Shown one piece after another: positions 37,884 to 48,669 of a DNA stretch of 64,000 nucleotides. The position numbers were made by a program, and so were the translations under genes. How positions within the stretch are numbered: position 1 is the first letter of the stretch; each line of letters starts with the position of its first letter. This DNA comes from Candidatus Eiseniibacteriota bacterium. Its GTDB lineage: Bacteria; ARS69. Location of the stretch: positions 1-64,000 of the forward strand of contig JBQTGV010000165.1 of NCBI GenBank assembly GCA_052390515.1, in the 5' to 3' direction. The notes under the pieces were generated by a model that did no database searches, was not told the DNA's origin, and saw only the letters and a program-made list of their open reading frames with translations.

Positions 37884-38786
37884 GTGTCCGAGTTCCTGCA
37901 GCAGCTCGTCAACGGGACCACGCTCGGCCTCGTGTACGCGCTCATCGCGCTGGGCTACACGATGGTCTACGGGATCCTGCGCCTCATCAACTTCGCCCAC
38001 GGCGACGTGTACATGCTCGGCGCCTTCGCCGGGTTCTACCTGGCCGGGTGGCTGGGCTCGGCGGGCACGACGGGTCTCCTGCCCGCCGTCATCGTGCTCG
38101 CCGGGGCGATGGCCGCGTGCGGCATCATCGGTTTCATCATCGAGCGAGCCGCGTATCGCCCCGTTCGCCGCTCCCCGCGGCTGACCGCGCTCATCACCGC
38201 GATCGGCGTGTCGCTGTTCCTGGAGAACGGAGGCCGGCTCGTCTTCGGGCCGGACCCGAAGTTCTTCCCTCAGGTCATCCCCTCGGCGAACGTCTCCCTC
38301 GGGGCCGGGGTGACCGTGTCCAACCAGCAGCTCATCATCGTCGGCGTCTCCCTCGCGCTGATGCTGGCGCTGCGCGTGGTGGTCATGCACACCAAGGTGG
38401 GCAAGGCGATGCGCGCGGTCTCGTACCACCAGGGCGCGGCCGCGCTCATGGGCATCTCCGTCGACCGGATCATCGCGTTCACGTTCGTGCTCGGCTCGAT
38501 GCTCGCCGGCGCAGCGGGCGTGCTCGTGGCGCTGCAGAACCCGAAGATCGAGCCGTACATGGGCATTTTGCCCGGCCTCAAGGCCTTCGTCGCGGCGGTG
38601 CTCGGAGGCATCGGCAACGTCCCGGGAGCGGTGCTCGGCGGACTGGTCATGGGAGTCGTGGAGGTTCTCGTCGTGGGGTATCTGTCCCCCACCTACCGCG
38701 ACGCGATCGCGTTCATCCTGCTCATCGTCATCCTGCTGGTACGCCCCGCGGGCATGCTCGGGCGTCAAGTCGCCGAGAAAGTCTGA
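37884..38786 (+). CDS. livH: Branched-chain amino acid ABC permease
   Basis: YALIALGYTMVYGILRLINFAHG and KAFVAAVLGGIG motifs. Confidence 0.93.
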   Translation: MSEFLQQLVNGTTLGLVYALIALGYTMVYGILRLINFAHGDVYMLGAFAGFYLAGWLGSAGTTGLLPAVIVLAGAMAACGIIGFIIERAAYRPVRRSPRLTALITAIGVSLFLENGGRLVFGPDPKFFPQVIPSANVSLGAGVTVSNQQLIIVGVSLALMLALRVVVMHTKVGKAMRAVSYHQGAAALMGISVDRIIAFTFVLGSMLAGAAGVLVALQNPKIEPYMGILPGLKAFVAAVLGGIGNVPGAVLGGLVMGVVEVLVVGYLSPTYRDAIAFILLIVILLVRPAGMLGRQVAEKV

Positions 38787-38787
38787 G

Positions 38788-39753
38788 ATGCGAGGCGCGC
38801 TCTCCCTGGCCGGGATCCTCGCCGCGCTCGTGCTGCTGAACGCGGTGCTGCCGGCCACGCTCAACCCGTACCTCTTCCGCATCGTGATGCTGTGCGGCAT
38901 CAACGTGATCCTCGCCGTGTCGCTGAACCTCATCAACGGGTTCGCCGGGCAGTTCTCCATCGGGCACGCCGGGTTCATGGCCGTGGGAGGCTACGCCGCG
39001 GCGATGCTCTCGCTCTCGATCGGCTCGGGATGGGTCGAGCGGCTCGGCGCGGCCGGCGTTCCCGCGTTCCTCGCCCAGGGCGCGGCGCTCTTCGCCGCGG
39101 TGCTGCTCGGTGGGAGCCTCGCCGCGGTTGCGGGTTACGTGGTCGGACTGCCCTCGCTCCGGTTGCGCGGGGACTACCTCGCCATCGTGACCCTCGGCTT
39201 CGGCGAGATCATCCGCGTCGTCCTCACCAACGTGGAAGCGGTGGGCGGAGCGCGCGGGCTTCCCGGCATCCCCGGCTGGACGAACTTCCTGGCGGTCGGG
39301 CTCGTCGCCTGGGCGGTCGTCGGCCTGTCCAGGAACCTCGCCCACAGCAGCCACGGGCGCGCGCTCTTCGCCATTCGGGACGACGAGGTGGCCGCCTCCG
39401 CCATCGGGATCGACGTGGCCGCGTACAAAGTGATGGCCTTCATGATCGGCGCGTTCTTCGCCGGCGCCGCGGGCGCGCTGCAGGCCCACTACGATTCCTA
39501 TCTGAATCCCAACTCGTTCACGTTCATCCGCAGTATCGAGATCATGGTGATGGTCGTCCTGGGCGGGACCGGCAGCGTGTCGGGTGCCGTGGTCGCGGCG
39601 ATCGTGCCGACCGTGCTGCCCGAAGTGCTCCGCCCGGTGAAGGACTACCGGATGGTGGTCTACGCGCTCCTGCTGGTCGTGCTCATGATCGTTCGCCCGG
39701 AGGGGCTGTTCGGCAGCCGGGAGCTGTCCCTGCGGAGGCTCGCGCGGCGATGA
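38788..39753 (+). CDS. livM: Branched-chain amino acid ABC permease
   Basis: GQFSIGHAGF, LRLRGDYLAIVTLGFGEI and AIRDDE motifs. Confidence 0.93.
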   Translation: MRGALSLAGILAALVLLNAVLPATLNPYLFRIVMLCGINVILAVSLNLINGFAGQFSIGHAGFMAVGGYAAAMLSLSIGSGWVERLGAAGVPAFLAQGAALFAAVLLGGSLAAVAGYVVGLPSLRLRGDYLAIVTLGFGEIIRVVLTNVEAVGGARGLPGIPGWTNFLAVGLVAWAVVGLSRNLAHSSHGRALFAIRDDEVAASAIGIDVAAYKVMAFMIGAFFAGAAGALQAHYDSYLNPNSFTFIRSIEIMVMVVLGGTGSVSGAVVAAIVPTVLPEVLRPVKDYRMVVYALLLVVLMIVRPEGLFGSRELSLRRLARR

Positions 39754-40543
39754 GTGACGCGCTGCTGCGCCTCGAGCGGCTGACCATGTGCTTCGGCGGC
39801 CTGAACGCGGTGAGCGACCTCGACCTGCGGGTGGAGGCGGGCGCGCTGTTCGGTCTCATCGGCCCGAACGGGGCGGGGAAGACCACGGTCTTCAACGTCG
39901 TCACCGGCATGTACGCCCCCACTCGCGGGCGCGTGCTGTTCGACGGGATCGCCGTGAGCGGGCGGCCGGTGCACGAGATCGCCCGGCGTGGAATCGCCCG
40001 CACGTTCCAGAACATCCGGCTGTTCGGCTCGCGCTGCTGCCGGGACAACGTGGCCGTCGCGGAGCACTGCCGGTCCGCCTCGTCACTGTGGGACGCGCTC
40101 GTGCGGACCCGCCGCTTCCGGGAGAGCGACCGGGAGATGCAACGGCGCGCGGACGAACTGCTCGAGACCTTCGGCCTGACCGCGTCCGCGGACACCCCCG
40201 CCGCCGATCTGCCCTATGGCCAGCAGCGCCGCCTGGAGATGGCCCGCGCGCTGGCCATGCGGCCGAGGCTCCTGCTCCTCGACGAGCCCGCGGCCGGCCT
40301 GAACCCGCGCGAGCGGGAGGAACTGATGCGCCTCATCGAGCACGTCCGCGAACGGTTCGAGGTGACCATCCTGCTCATCGAGCACGACATGCGAGTGGTC
40401 ATGGGCATCTGCCGGCGCATCGCGGTGCTCGACCACGGCGTGAAGATCGCCGAGGGCCGGCCGGACGAGATCCGTGCGGACCCGAAGGTGATCGAGGCCT
40501 ATCTCGGAGAGGGGCCCGGCGAACAGGCCCTCGGGGCGGCGTG

Positions 40544-40544
<1 letters not shown>
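39750..40544 (+). CDS. livG: Branched-chain amino acid ABC ATPase
   Basis: GPNGAGKTT, RTFQNIRLF, LPYGQQRRLE and LLDEPAAG motifs. Confidence 0.93.
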
Positions 40545-41248
<704 letters not shown>

Positions 41249-41268
41249 ACTCGGGGTGCGCGCGCATC

Positions 41269-41297
41269 TTGACACCGGGCGGGACTCCGCCTAAGGT
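41269..41297 (+). promoter_or_regulatory. sigma70-like promoter
   Basis: TTGACA-N17-TAAGGT upstream of 41351. Confidence 0.55.
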
Positions 41298-41350
41298 GTG
41301 ACCTGCTCGTAGGTTGGCCGGATTCCCCTCTCCGGGATCGCCTCGTTTCC

Positions 41351-42598
41351 ATGAAGATCCGCGCCGAGACTCGTGTCGCCTCCCGCCTGGCTGCGGTCGC
41401 CGCGGCGGCGTGCGCACTCGCCGGTCCGGCTACGGCGTTCGAGGCCACCCTGCGCGTGCCGGCGGACTACCCCACCATCACGGCGGCCATGGAAGCGGCG
41501 GGGGCCTGGGACGAAGTGGTCGTGGCGCCGGGAGTCTATACGGAGCGCGTGACCGTGAAGGACGGCGTCGTGCTCCGCTCCGAGCGGGGGCCGTCCGAGA
41601 CGACGCTGGCCTACGGGGGCGCCACGTCGACCTCCGATCAGGGCGAAGCCGTCGTCACCCTGAGCCGCTGCACGAACTCCACGCAGCTCGTGGGCTTCTC
41701 GATCGACGGGAAGGACCTGGCCAAGCGCGGCATCCTGGTGTTCGGAGACGGTTCGCCGGTCATCTCCGGATGCGTCATCTACGGCGCGCTGAACGGGATC
41801 GGCGCGCATCGCAACGCTTCGCCCTACATCACCGACACCGTCGTCGAGCGCTGCACGATCGCCGGGATCCTCGTCCAGGGGGCGTCCGGCGACATCCGCG
41901 ATTGCGAGCTCCGGGCCGGCAAGCAGTTCGGCCTGATCGTCGAGGGCACGACGACGCCGCTCACCGTGCGGCGCACCGTCATCTGTGAGAACGAGCAGGC
42001 CGGCGTGCGCGCGACGGAAGGCGACTTCTCCATCATCGGCGGGTCGGTCTCCGCGAACGGCAACACCGGGATCATCCTCGAGTACGTGTCGCCGGTCCTG
42101 GAAGGCGTTCTCGTCGACGGCAACAAGAACATCGGCATCTCCCTGGAGAACTCGACCGGGACGCTCCTCGGCTGCACGATCCGCAACAACAATTTCGGCG
42201 TGATCATCCGCGGAGCGGGGGACCCCAAGGTGTATCGCAGCGTCTTCGAGGACAACGCGACCTATCACATCGGCGTGCAGGGTTCCGTCGTCCCCATCAT
42301 CGGGGGCAGCATGGAGAACGCCAACCTCTTCCTCGGACAGACGATCGCGGCCATCCAGACGGAGTGCCCCGTCCCGATCAACGCCACTTACAACTACTGG
42401 GGCAAGCCCTGCGCCACCCGGGATCAGGTCAAGCGCCTGGCCGGGGCGAAGGACGTGGTACGTAAGCCCTGGGTCACGGTCGATCTCCGGCACTCGTTCG
42501 AGAGCTGCGAGGAAGCGAAGGAGCACAGCCGCCAGGCGGTGACACCCGACGCCGCTTCCGCGCCCCCGCCCGAAGAAGGCGAGGAGTCGACGACGTGA
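41351..42598 (+). CDS. Secreted right-handed beta-helix protein (NosD/pectin-lyase-like)
   Basis: Signal peptide; RVPADYPTITAA N-cap; GI...N repeats; NATYNYWG. Confidence 0.8.
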   Translation: MKIRAETRVASRLAAVAAAACALAGPATAFEATLRVPADYPTITAAMEAAGAWDEVVVAPGVYTERVTVKDGVVLRSERGPSETTLAYGGATSTSDQGEAVVTLSRCTNSTQLVGFSIDGKDLAKRGILVFGDGSPVISGCVIYGALNGIGAHRNASPYITDTVVERCTIAGILVQGASGDIRDCELRAGKQFGLIVEGTTTPLTVRRTVICENEQAGVRATEGDFSIIGGSVSANGNTGIILEYVSPVLEGVLVDGNKNIGISLENSTGTLLGCTIRNNNFGVIIRGAGDPKVYRSVFEDNATYHIGVQGSVVPIIGGSMENANLFLGQTIAAIQTECPVPINATYNYWGKPCATRDQVKRLAGAKDVVRKPWVTVDLRHSFESCEEAKEHSRQAVTPDAASAPPPEEGEESTT

Positions 42599-42608
42599 GG
42601 CCGCTCTC

Positions 42609-43199
42609 GTGAGGCGGCGCAGTCTCCGCCGCTTCGCTCCGGCGACGGCACTCGGCCTGCTCCTTTCCGGATGTCTTTCCGAGCCCGAGAGCCTGATCGT
42701 CCAGGTGGAGAAGGCGAAAGAGGCGGTCCAGGAGATCGGGGCGGAGACCTACGCGCCGGACGCGCTGCAGCAGGCGGAGGACGTCGTCGCCGCCGCCGAG
42801 GCGGAGGTGGCGGCCCAGCGCGAGAAGTTCGTCCTGATGCGCAACTACACGGTCGCGACCACCAAGCTGACGGAGGCGCTCGAGGCACTCAACGCGGTGG
42901 CGAAGAGCGCCGCCGAGACACGCAACTCGATGAAGGGCCCGGTCCGCGCGATGACCAAGGACGCCACCCTCGCGGTGGACGCTGCCGAGCAGGAACTGGC
43001 CAAGTGGATGGCCTCCCACCGGGGAGCGGACGTCACCGAGTGGGCGAACCGCCTCGCCTCCCTCCGGCAGATGCTCGAGGACGCGAGCGTCGCGGAGCGC
43101 AAGGGCGACTTCATCACCGCCAAGGTGAAGCTCGACGGGTCCCTCGCCGGCGGACAGGAGCTCGCCGCGGCGATCCAGCATCGGCTCGCCGGCGGCTGA
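42609..43199 (+). CDS. Alpha-helical lipoprotein (DUF4398-like)
   Basis: Lipobox LLSG-C; GAETYAPDALQQAE; coiled-coil character. Confidence 0.65.
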   Translation: MRRRSLRRFAPATALGLLLSGCLSEPESLIVQVEKAKEAVQEIGAETYAPDALQQAEDVVAAAEAEVAAQREKFVLMRNYTVATTKLTEALEALNAVAKSAAETRNSMKGPVRAMTKDATLAVDAAEQELAKWMASHRGADVTEWANRLASLRQMLEDASVAERKGDFITAKVKLDGSLAGGQELAAAIQHRLAGG

Positions 43200-43208
43200 G
43201 CCCGCGTC

Positions 43209-43940
43209 TCACGAGGACAGCGTAAACTTGAGCGGCAGGCGGACCCAAGCCGCCACCGGCCGCTGCTGGGTGAGCGCCGGGCGGAAGCGGGCCTGCTTGG
43301 CCGCGGCGATGGCCGCCTCGTGGAGCAGGTCGGGTCCCTCGGACACGCGGACTTCCCGCGCGCTTCCGTCCTCGCCCACCAGGATCAGGAGCAGCACGAC
43401 GCCTTCCACCCCGGCCGACCGGGCGATGCTCGGGTACTCCGGCTTGGGGATGGAGATCAGGGCCGGCGCTTTCTCCCACAGCTCGTAGCCGTCGGCCGGC
43501 GCCGGCCCGCCGCCCCCCGGAGGCCCGGCCGTCGTCTCGCCGCCGCCTTCGGTCAGAGCGGTGAGGCCGGCGGTCGCCACGAGGGAGACGCCGTCGTCAC
43601 CGAGCAGGGCGAGTTCCCGCGGATCGTAGTCGGGGACCGGCATGATCTCCCCGTAGCGGAATTGGCCGAGGGGACCTGCCGCGCTCGGCGGATCGATCCA
43701 CCGGGTGCGGTGGAATTCCGGAACCGGGTCCACTTGGAACCGGATAGCGGTCGGCCTGCGCTCGGCCTCTCTCGGAAGATCGCTGAGGGAGAGCAGTCCG
43801 GCGGCGAGCAGTGCGTTCCCGAGCATCGCCAGGACCGAGGACCAGACGAACGTGCGGCGGAAGGCTCGGCGGAGCGGATGATCCTCGCCGACACGGGGGA
43901 GCGTGAAGGCGGCGTGCGGAAGGGGAGAGGCGTGAGTCAT
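43209..43940 (-). CDS. TonB-family energy transducer (copy 2)
   Basis: N-terminal TM helix; PEYPSIARSAGVEG...FRPA TonB C-terminal domain. Confidence 0.85.
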   Translation of the reverse strand: MTHASPLPHAAFTLPRVGEDHPLRRAFRRTFVWSSVLAMLGNALLAAGLLSLSDLPREAERRPTAIRFQVDPVPEFHRTRWIDPPSAAGPLGQFRYGEIMPVPDYDPRELALLGDDGVSLVATAGLTALTEGGGETTAGPPGGGGPAPADGYELWEKAPALISIPKPEYPSIARSAGVEGVVLLLILVGEDGSAREVRVSEGPDLLHEAAIAAAKQARFRPALTQQRPVAAWVRLPLKFTLSS

Positions 43941-44262
43941 CGCGCGTCCCTCCGTTAGGGCGCGCCTACTATGTCCCGAGACCGGCCGTTCGCCAAATCC
44001 TCACGAGGACAGCGTGAACTTGAGCGGCAGGCGGACCCAAGCCGCCACCGGCCGCTGCTGGGTGAGCGCCGGGCGGAAGCGGGCCTGCTTGGCCGCGGCG
44101 ATGGCCGCCTCGTGGAGCAGGTCGGGTCCCTCGGAGACGCGCACTTCCTCCACGCTTCCGTCCTCGCCCACCAGGACCAGGAGGACCACGACGCCCTCCA
44201 CCTCGGCCGACCGGGCGATGCTCGGGTACTCGGGCTTGGGGATGGAGATCAGGGCGGGCGCT
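43209..44262. repeat. Direct repeat of about 260 bp encoding the TonB C-terminal domain (43209-43470 and 44001-44262)
   Basis: Near-identical by eye; one mismatch in the 3'-terminal ~130 nt of the two genes. Confidence 0.9.
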
Positions 44263-44741
44263 TCCTCGTAGACCTGGTAGTTCCCCTGACCGGACCCGAC
44301 GCCGTCGCCGAAGCTGACGACGAGAGAGTCCCCGCCCCCGGTGAGGGCGGAGAGGTCCGAGGTCTGCATTTCGGACATCTCCTCGACGGTTGCGACGGTG
44401 AGCTCCTGCGCGTCGTAGTCGGGGACGGGCACGGGATCCCCGATGGACGGCTGACTCACCTGCTCCGCGAGGCTCACCTGCGGCGGCGCCGCCTCTTCGG
44501 AGATGGACGGCGGGATGAAGTTCTCGATGGAGACGATGTTGACGGCCGGCGGGAGCTCCGATTCCTTCAGCAGGAACTCCTGGACGACGATCCGACCTCC
44601 CGCGGCGAGACCGTGGACGAGCATGGCCAGCACCGCCGACCACACGAAAGTCCTCCGGAACGCCTTGCGCAGCGGGTGGTCCTCGCCCACCAGGGGGAGG
44701 GTCATGCCCATGCGCGGCATGAGGTCCGAGGTCGTCATCAC
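44001..44741 (-). CDS. tonB: TonB-family energy transducer (copy 1)
   Basis: TM helix SAVLAMLVH (S-x-H motif) and TonB C-terminal domain. Confidence 0.88.
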   Translation of the reverse strand: MMTTSDLMPRMGMTLPLVGEDHPLRKAFRRTFVWSAVLAMLVHGLAAGGRIVVQEFLLKESELPPAVNIVSIENFIPPSISEEAAPPQVSLAEQVSQPSIGDPVPVPDYDAQELTVATVEEMSEMQTSDLSALTGGGDSLVVSFGDGVGSGQGNYQVYEEAPALISIPKPEYPSIARSAEVEGVVVLLVLVGEDGSVEEVRVSEGPDLLHEAAIAAAKQARFRPALTQQRPVAAWVRLPLKFTLSS

Positions 44742-45235
44742 ATCTCTCTCACTTCCTCGACCTCCTCCTCGGACATCGGGATCAGGCTGAACCGGGTCAT
44801 CTCAGCGTACTCCAGCTCGTCCATGAGATCGACCATGGTCTCGTAGCTGGCTTCGCGGTGCAGCTTGATGAGCACGGTGAGGTCGGGGTTCTGAGCCACC
44901 TCGGTTCGGAAGAACTCCTCGAGCTCGGCCATCTCGATGGGCTGGAGCGGCTCCTCCGCGAAGCGGTGGAACATGCGCTGCTCCTCGTCCACGAGCAGGA
45001 CGAGAACGTTGGACTCGGCGACCTCCACGTGTGCGTCCTTGGGCGGGCGGTTCATCTCCATGGCTTGCGGCGCGCGGAAGACGGTCGTCACCATGAAGAA
45101 GATGAGCAGCAGGAAGGCGATGTCCACCATCGGGGTCATGTCGATGCGGATGCCGACACGCCGCTTGGGATGACGTAAGCCAGCCCCGCTCTTTTTTGGT
45201 TCTGGTTTGCTCTCAGCAGAGTCGAGTGCGCCCAT
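44738..45235 (-). CDS. exbD: ExbD/TolR-family protein
   Basis: IDMTPMVDIAFLLLIFFMVTT. Confidence 0.92.
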   Translation of the reverse strand: MGALDSAESKPEPKKSGAGLRHPKRRVGIRIDMTPMVDIAFLLLIFFMVTTVFRAPQAMEMNRPPKDAHVEVAESNVLVLLVDEEQRMFHRFAEEPLQPIEMAELEEFFRTEVAQNPDLTVLIKLHREASYETMVDLMDELEYAEMTRFSLIPMSEEEVEEVREM

Positions 45236-45247
45236 CGAGAGACTCCC

Positions 45248-45670
45248 CTAGCGGCTCGTTTCCAGCTCGGTCATCAGATTGAAGCGCAGGGCGCTGGCCT
45301 CCACGAAGCCGTCGATCACGTCGGCGATCACCCCGTACTTCGCCTCCTGGTCGGCCTTCAAGATGATGAAGGCGGTGGGCATGCGCGTCCGCGCGTCGCC
45401 CAGCGCGGCGGCGACGCCTCCCGGCTCCACCGCGCGCGTCGGGCCGCTCTCTTCCTGGATGAAGATGCGCCCTTCGCCGTTCACGATCACCGTGATGAGG
45501 TTCGAGCCCGGCACCTTGATCTCCGAACTGGAGAACGGCAGCTGGACCGACACCTCCTCCGGTGGCTTGAACTGCGTGGTGGTCATGAAGAAGATCAGCA
45601 GCAGGAACGCCACGTCGACCATGGGTGTCATGTCGATGCGGATCCCGATGCGTCGCTTCGCCTTAGCCAT
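45248..45670 (-). CDS. exbD: ExbD/TolR-family protein
   Basis: IDMTPMVDVAFLLLIFFM and ILKAD motifs. Confidence 0.92.
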   Translation of the reverse strand: MAKAKRRIGIRIDMTPMVDVAFLLLIFFMTTTQFKPPEEVSVQLPFSSSEIKVPGSNLITVIVNGEGRIFIQEESGPTRAVEPGGVAAALGDARTRMPTAFIILKADQEAKYGVIADVIDGFVEASALRFNLMTELETSR

Positions 45671-46388
45671 GCACCTCGCCCTTCTGGTGCCGCAGCAGCT
45701 GGACGAGCTCGAACGTGGTCTCGTCCATCGAGTAATTGAAACCGTCCACGCGCTGCGCGAAGAAGTTGTACATGACGATGCCGAGGATGGCGAGCACCAG
45801 CCCGCCGGCGGTATTGATCAGCGCTTCGGAGATTCCCAGCGCGAGCTGCACGGCGTCGGGCGCGCCCTGGTGGCTCATGGCGTGGAACGAGCGAATCATT
45901 CCGATGGTGGTGCCGAGCAGACCCACCATCGTGCCGATGGAGGCGATGGTGGAGAGCGCGATGAGATTCCGTTCCAGCAGGGGAGTCTCCAGCGCGTTGG
46001 CCTCCTCGAAGGCCCTGCGGGTCTCGTCGATGAGCTCGTCCTCGGCGAGGCCGGTGTTGCGGACGGCCTGATAGCGCTCCAGGCCCGCGCCGACGATGTT
46101 CGCGAGGCAGCCACCTTGCTTGCGGCAGGCCTCGATGGCCTCGTCGAGCTTGCCGGTGTGGACGGCGACCTTGACCTTGCGGATGAACGCGGTCACGTTG
46201 CCCTTGCCGCTGGCTTGCTTCAGCGTCCAGGCGCGCTCGATCATGAACGTGAGCAACATGATCATGAGCACGAGCAGCAGGACGATGAGCGGACCGCCCT
46301 GCTGGATGAACTCCGGTAGCGACTTGAAGATCACGTACGAGACGACGAACGAGATCACCAGGATCAGGTAGAGGATCCAACCCTTCAT
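45663..46388 (-). CDS. exbB: MotA/TolQ/ExbB proton channel
   Basis: VGLLGTTIGMI and GISEALINTAGG motifs. Confidence 0.92.
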   Translation of the reverse strand: MKGWILYLILVISFVVSYVIFKSLPEFIQQGGPLIVLLLVLMIMLLTFMIERAWTLKQASGKGNVTAFIRKVKVAVHTGKLDEAIEACRKQGGCLANIVGAGLERYQAVRNTGLAEDELIDETRRAFEEANALETPLLERNLIALSTIASIGTMVGLLGTTIGMIRSFHAMSHQGAPDAVQLALGISEALINTAGGLVLAILGIVMYNFFAQRVDGFNYSMDETTFELVQLLRHQKGEVHG

Positions 46389-46416
46389 GGACCTTCCTCC
46401 GTGGACGGTTCGAGAG

Positions 46417-46767
46417 CTACTTCTCGCTCTTGTTGAGACCGGCGACGGCTTCGTCGACCGAGTCGTAGGAATCGAAGACCAAGGTCAGCTTGGTCACCAG
46501 GAACAAGTTCGTGATCCGCGATCCGATGCGCGCGATGCGCAGCCAGCCCTTTCGATTCGCGCAGGTGGTGTGCGCGCCGACCAGCGCACCCAGTCCCACC
46601 GAGTTCATGTAGGAGACCTTGCCGAGATCGACGACGATCTTCGGGACGCCGACCCCGGCGATCTCCTGGACCGCCTGCTGCAGATCCCGCGTCTCGTCGC
46701 CGCCCTGCAGGTTCTTCCGGGGCGTGAGGACGTGCACGTCACCTCGTGTTTCGCGATCCAGGTTCAT
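46417..46767 (-). CDS. STAS-domain anti-sigma-factor antagonist
   Basis: VVDLGKVSYMNSVGLGAL with the phosphorylatable Ser. Confidence 0.9.
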   Translation of the reverse strand: MNLDRETRGDVHVLTPRKNLQGGDETRDLQQAVQEIAGVGVPKIVVDLGKVSYMNSVGLGALVGAHTTCANRKGWLRIARIGSRITNLFLVTKLTLVFDSYDSVDEAVAGLNKSEK

Positions 46768-46786
46768 TCGGGGCCCTTTCCGCGGT

Positions 46787-48616
46787 TCACGGAGTTCCTC
46801 GCGAGGCTTGTGCCTGCTTCGAGGTGTCCAGCACGGACCTTCCCCGGGCGTGGCCCGGGTCGATGGCGAGGCATTTCTGCGCGGCCTGCTGGGCGCGCAG
46901 CACGTCGTTCAGACCCAGGTAGGCCTGGCCCAGCAGCGCCCAGGCGTCGGCGTTGCCGCCGTCCAGCGCGGTGGCGCGCATGAGCGCCGTGCGGGCTTCG
47001 CCGTAGCTCTTCTTCTGCATCTGGCAGGTGCCGAGCCCCCGATAAGCCCTGGCGTTCTCCGGATCGCGGTCGATGATCTCCCGGTAGGTGGCGATCGCGG
47101 CGTCGGTCGAGTCCGAGCCGGCGAGGGCTTGGCCGAGGGAGAGCAGCACGTTGACGTTCTCCGGCGCCAGCACCTGCGCCTTGCGCAGCGTGGCGACGCC
47201 CTCGAGGTTCCGCCCGGCCTGCAGCTGCGCGACGCCCAGGTTCAGCAGGGCGGGAGTGAACGACGGAGCCAGCACGGTGGCGCGCTCCAACGCCGCGGCG
47301 GCGGCCTCAGGGTTCTTGGAGTTCATCTCCGCGAGTCCCAGGATGTAGAAGCCTTCGGCCGAAGTCGAGTCCTCCGCGGTACCCAGGCGAAGGTGCGTCA
47401 ACGCGCCCTCCCAGTTCTTGGCCTCGAACGCGATCTGTCCCAGGCGAACGTGGTCGACGGCCTCCAGGAGCGAGTCCGGGACGGTCGCGTAGAGCTCGGC
47501 GGCGCGGGGAGCGTCCTTGTTCTGGGAGGCGGCGCGGGCGTAGAGCAGCCGGATGTCGACGCGCGACGAGTCGATGGCGAACGCCCGCTTGCCGGCATCG
47601 TGGGCGTCGGCGACCTGTCGAACCTCGAGCGCGGAGCGAACGAGCTGCACCAGGGACTCCAGGTCGTCGGGCGCGAGCTGCACGGTGCGCTTGTACGCCA
47701 GGAACGCCTTGTCATGCACCTTGCCCAGCGAGTAGAGACGGCCCATGTCCCGCAGCGCGGGAGCGAACGTGCTGTCGATCTTGACCGCCTCCTGGTAACG
47801 GCGCAACGCTTCGTTGGGCTCGCGGATCTCCTCGAAGAGCTTGCCGAGTTGGTGATAGAAGGGGGCGGACGGCTCTGCGCCGGGCGTGTCCAGGACCTTC
47901 TCGTAGCTCTGGATGGCGAGCCCGGGTTGACCGCGACGCGCGTAGATGTCGGCCAGGAGCTCGACGTAGTCCACTTCCGACGGATTCAGCGTCGTCGCGA
48001 GAAGGGCCTCCTTCTCCGCGTTCTCGAGGTTTCCCTGCACGAGGTACCAGTGCGCCATTCCGTGGTGGAAGCGGTCTTCACCGTCTTTTAGCCCCTTCTT
48101 CTTGGCTCCTTTGGAGAGCACCTGCTTGGCCTCTTCGAGGCGCGTGTCGCGGATCAGCAGCAGCGCCTTCGCGTAGTGCGCATCCCAGAGGTCGTCCTTC
48201 TCGCGGAGCGCCTGCGCGATCTCGGCGCGCGCCTCCTCGATCCGTCCCGCCCGCAACAGCAGCAGTCCGAGGCCGGCGTGCGCCTCGGGGAACGTGCCGC
48301 CGCCGTCGAGCGCCTGCCGGTAGAGCGGCTCCGCCGTGGAGAGGTTCCCCTGGCGGGAGAGGACCTCGGCCAGCCCGTGGCGGGCGCGCGGCAGCTCGTG
48401 GTCGTTCGCGATCGCTTCCTCGAAGTGGGCTTTCGCCTCGGCGAGCTTGCCCTCCTTCAGAGCGCTCGTTCCCAGGCGGACGGGGTTCGCCTCGTACGAG
48501 TACTCCTTGGCCGCCGCGGGGCGGGCCGTGAGGGCGAAGGCGGTGAACACAATTGCGAGGCTCGCGCCGCGCGGCGAGATCCGCATCAGCGACCTTCGGA
48601 CGTTCGGAAACTGCAT
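46787..48616 (-). CDS. Periplasmic multi-TPR protein
   Basis: Signal peptide (RPAAA-K) followed by a continuous array of TPR repeats. Confidence 0.85.
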   Translation of the reverse strand: MQFPNVRRSLMRISPRGASLAIVFTAFALTARPAAAKEYSYEANPVRLGTSALKEGKLAEAKAHFEEAIANDHELPRARHGLAEVLSRQGNLSTAEPLYRQALDGGGTFPEAHAGLGLLLLRAGRIEEARAEIAQALREKDDLWDAHYAKALLLIRDTRLEEAKQVLSKGAKKKGLKDGEDRFHHGMAHWYLVQGNLENAEKEALLATTLNPSEVDYVELLADIYARRGQPGLAIQSYEKVLDTPGAEPSAPFYHQLGKLFEEIREPNEALRRYQEAVKIDSTFAPALRDMGRLYSLGKVHDKAFLAYKRTVQLAPDDLESLVQLVRSALEVRQVADAHDAGKRAFAIDSSRVDIRLLYARAASQNKDAPRAAELYATVPDSLLEAVDHVRLGQIAFEAKNWEGALTHLRLGTAEDSTSAEGFYILGLAEMNSKNPEAAAAALERATVLAPSFTPALLNLGVAQLQAGRNLEGVATLRKAQVLAPENVNVLLSLGQALAGSDSTDAAIATYREIIDRDPENARAYRGLGTCQMQKKSYGEARTALMRATALDGGNADAWALLGQAYLGLNDVLRAQQAAQKCLAIDPGHARGRSVLDTSKQAQASRGTP

Positions 48617-48669
48617 CGTTCGATCTCCTGGTCGGCGTGTGTCTACGGCCGTTCTGCTTCGCGAAGCGA

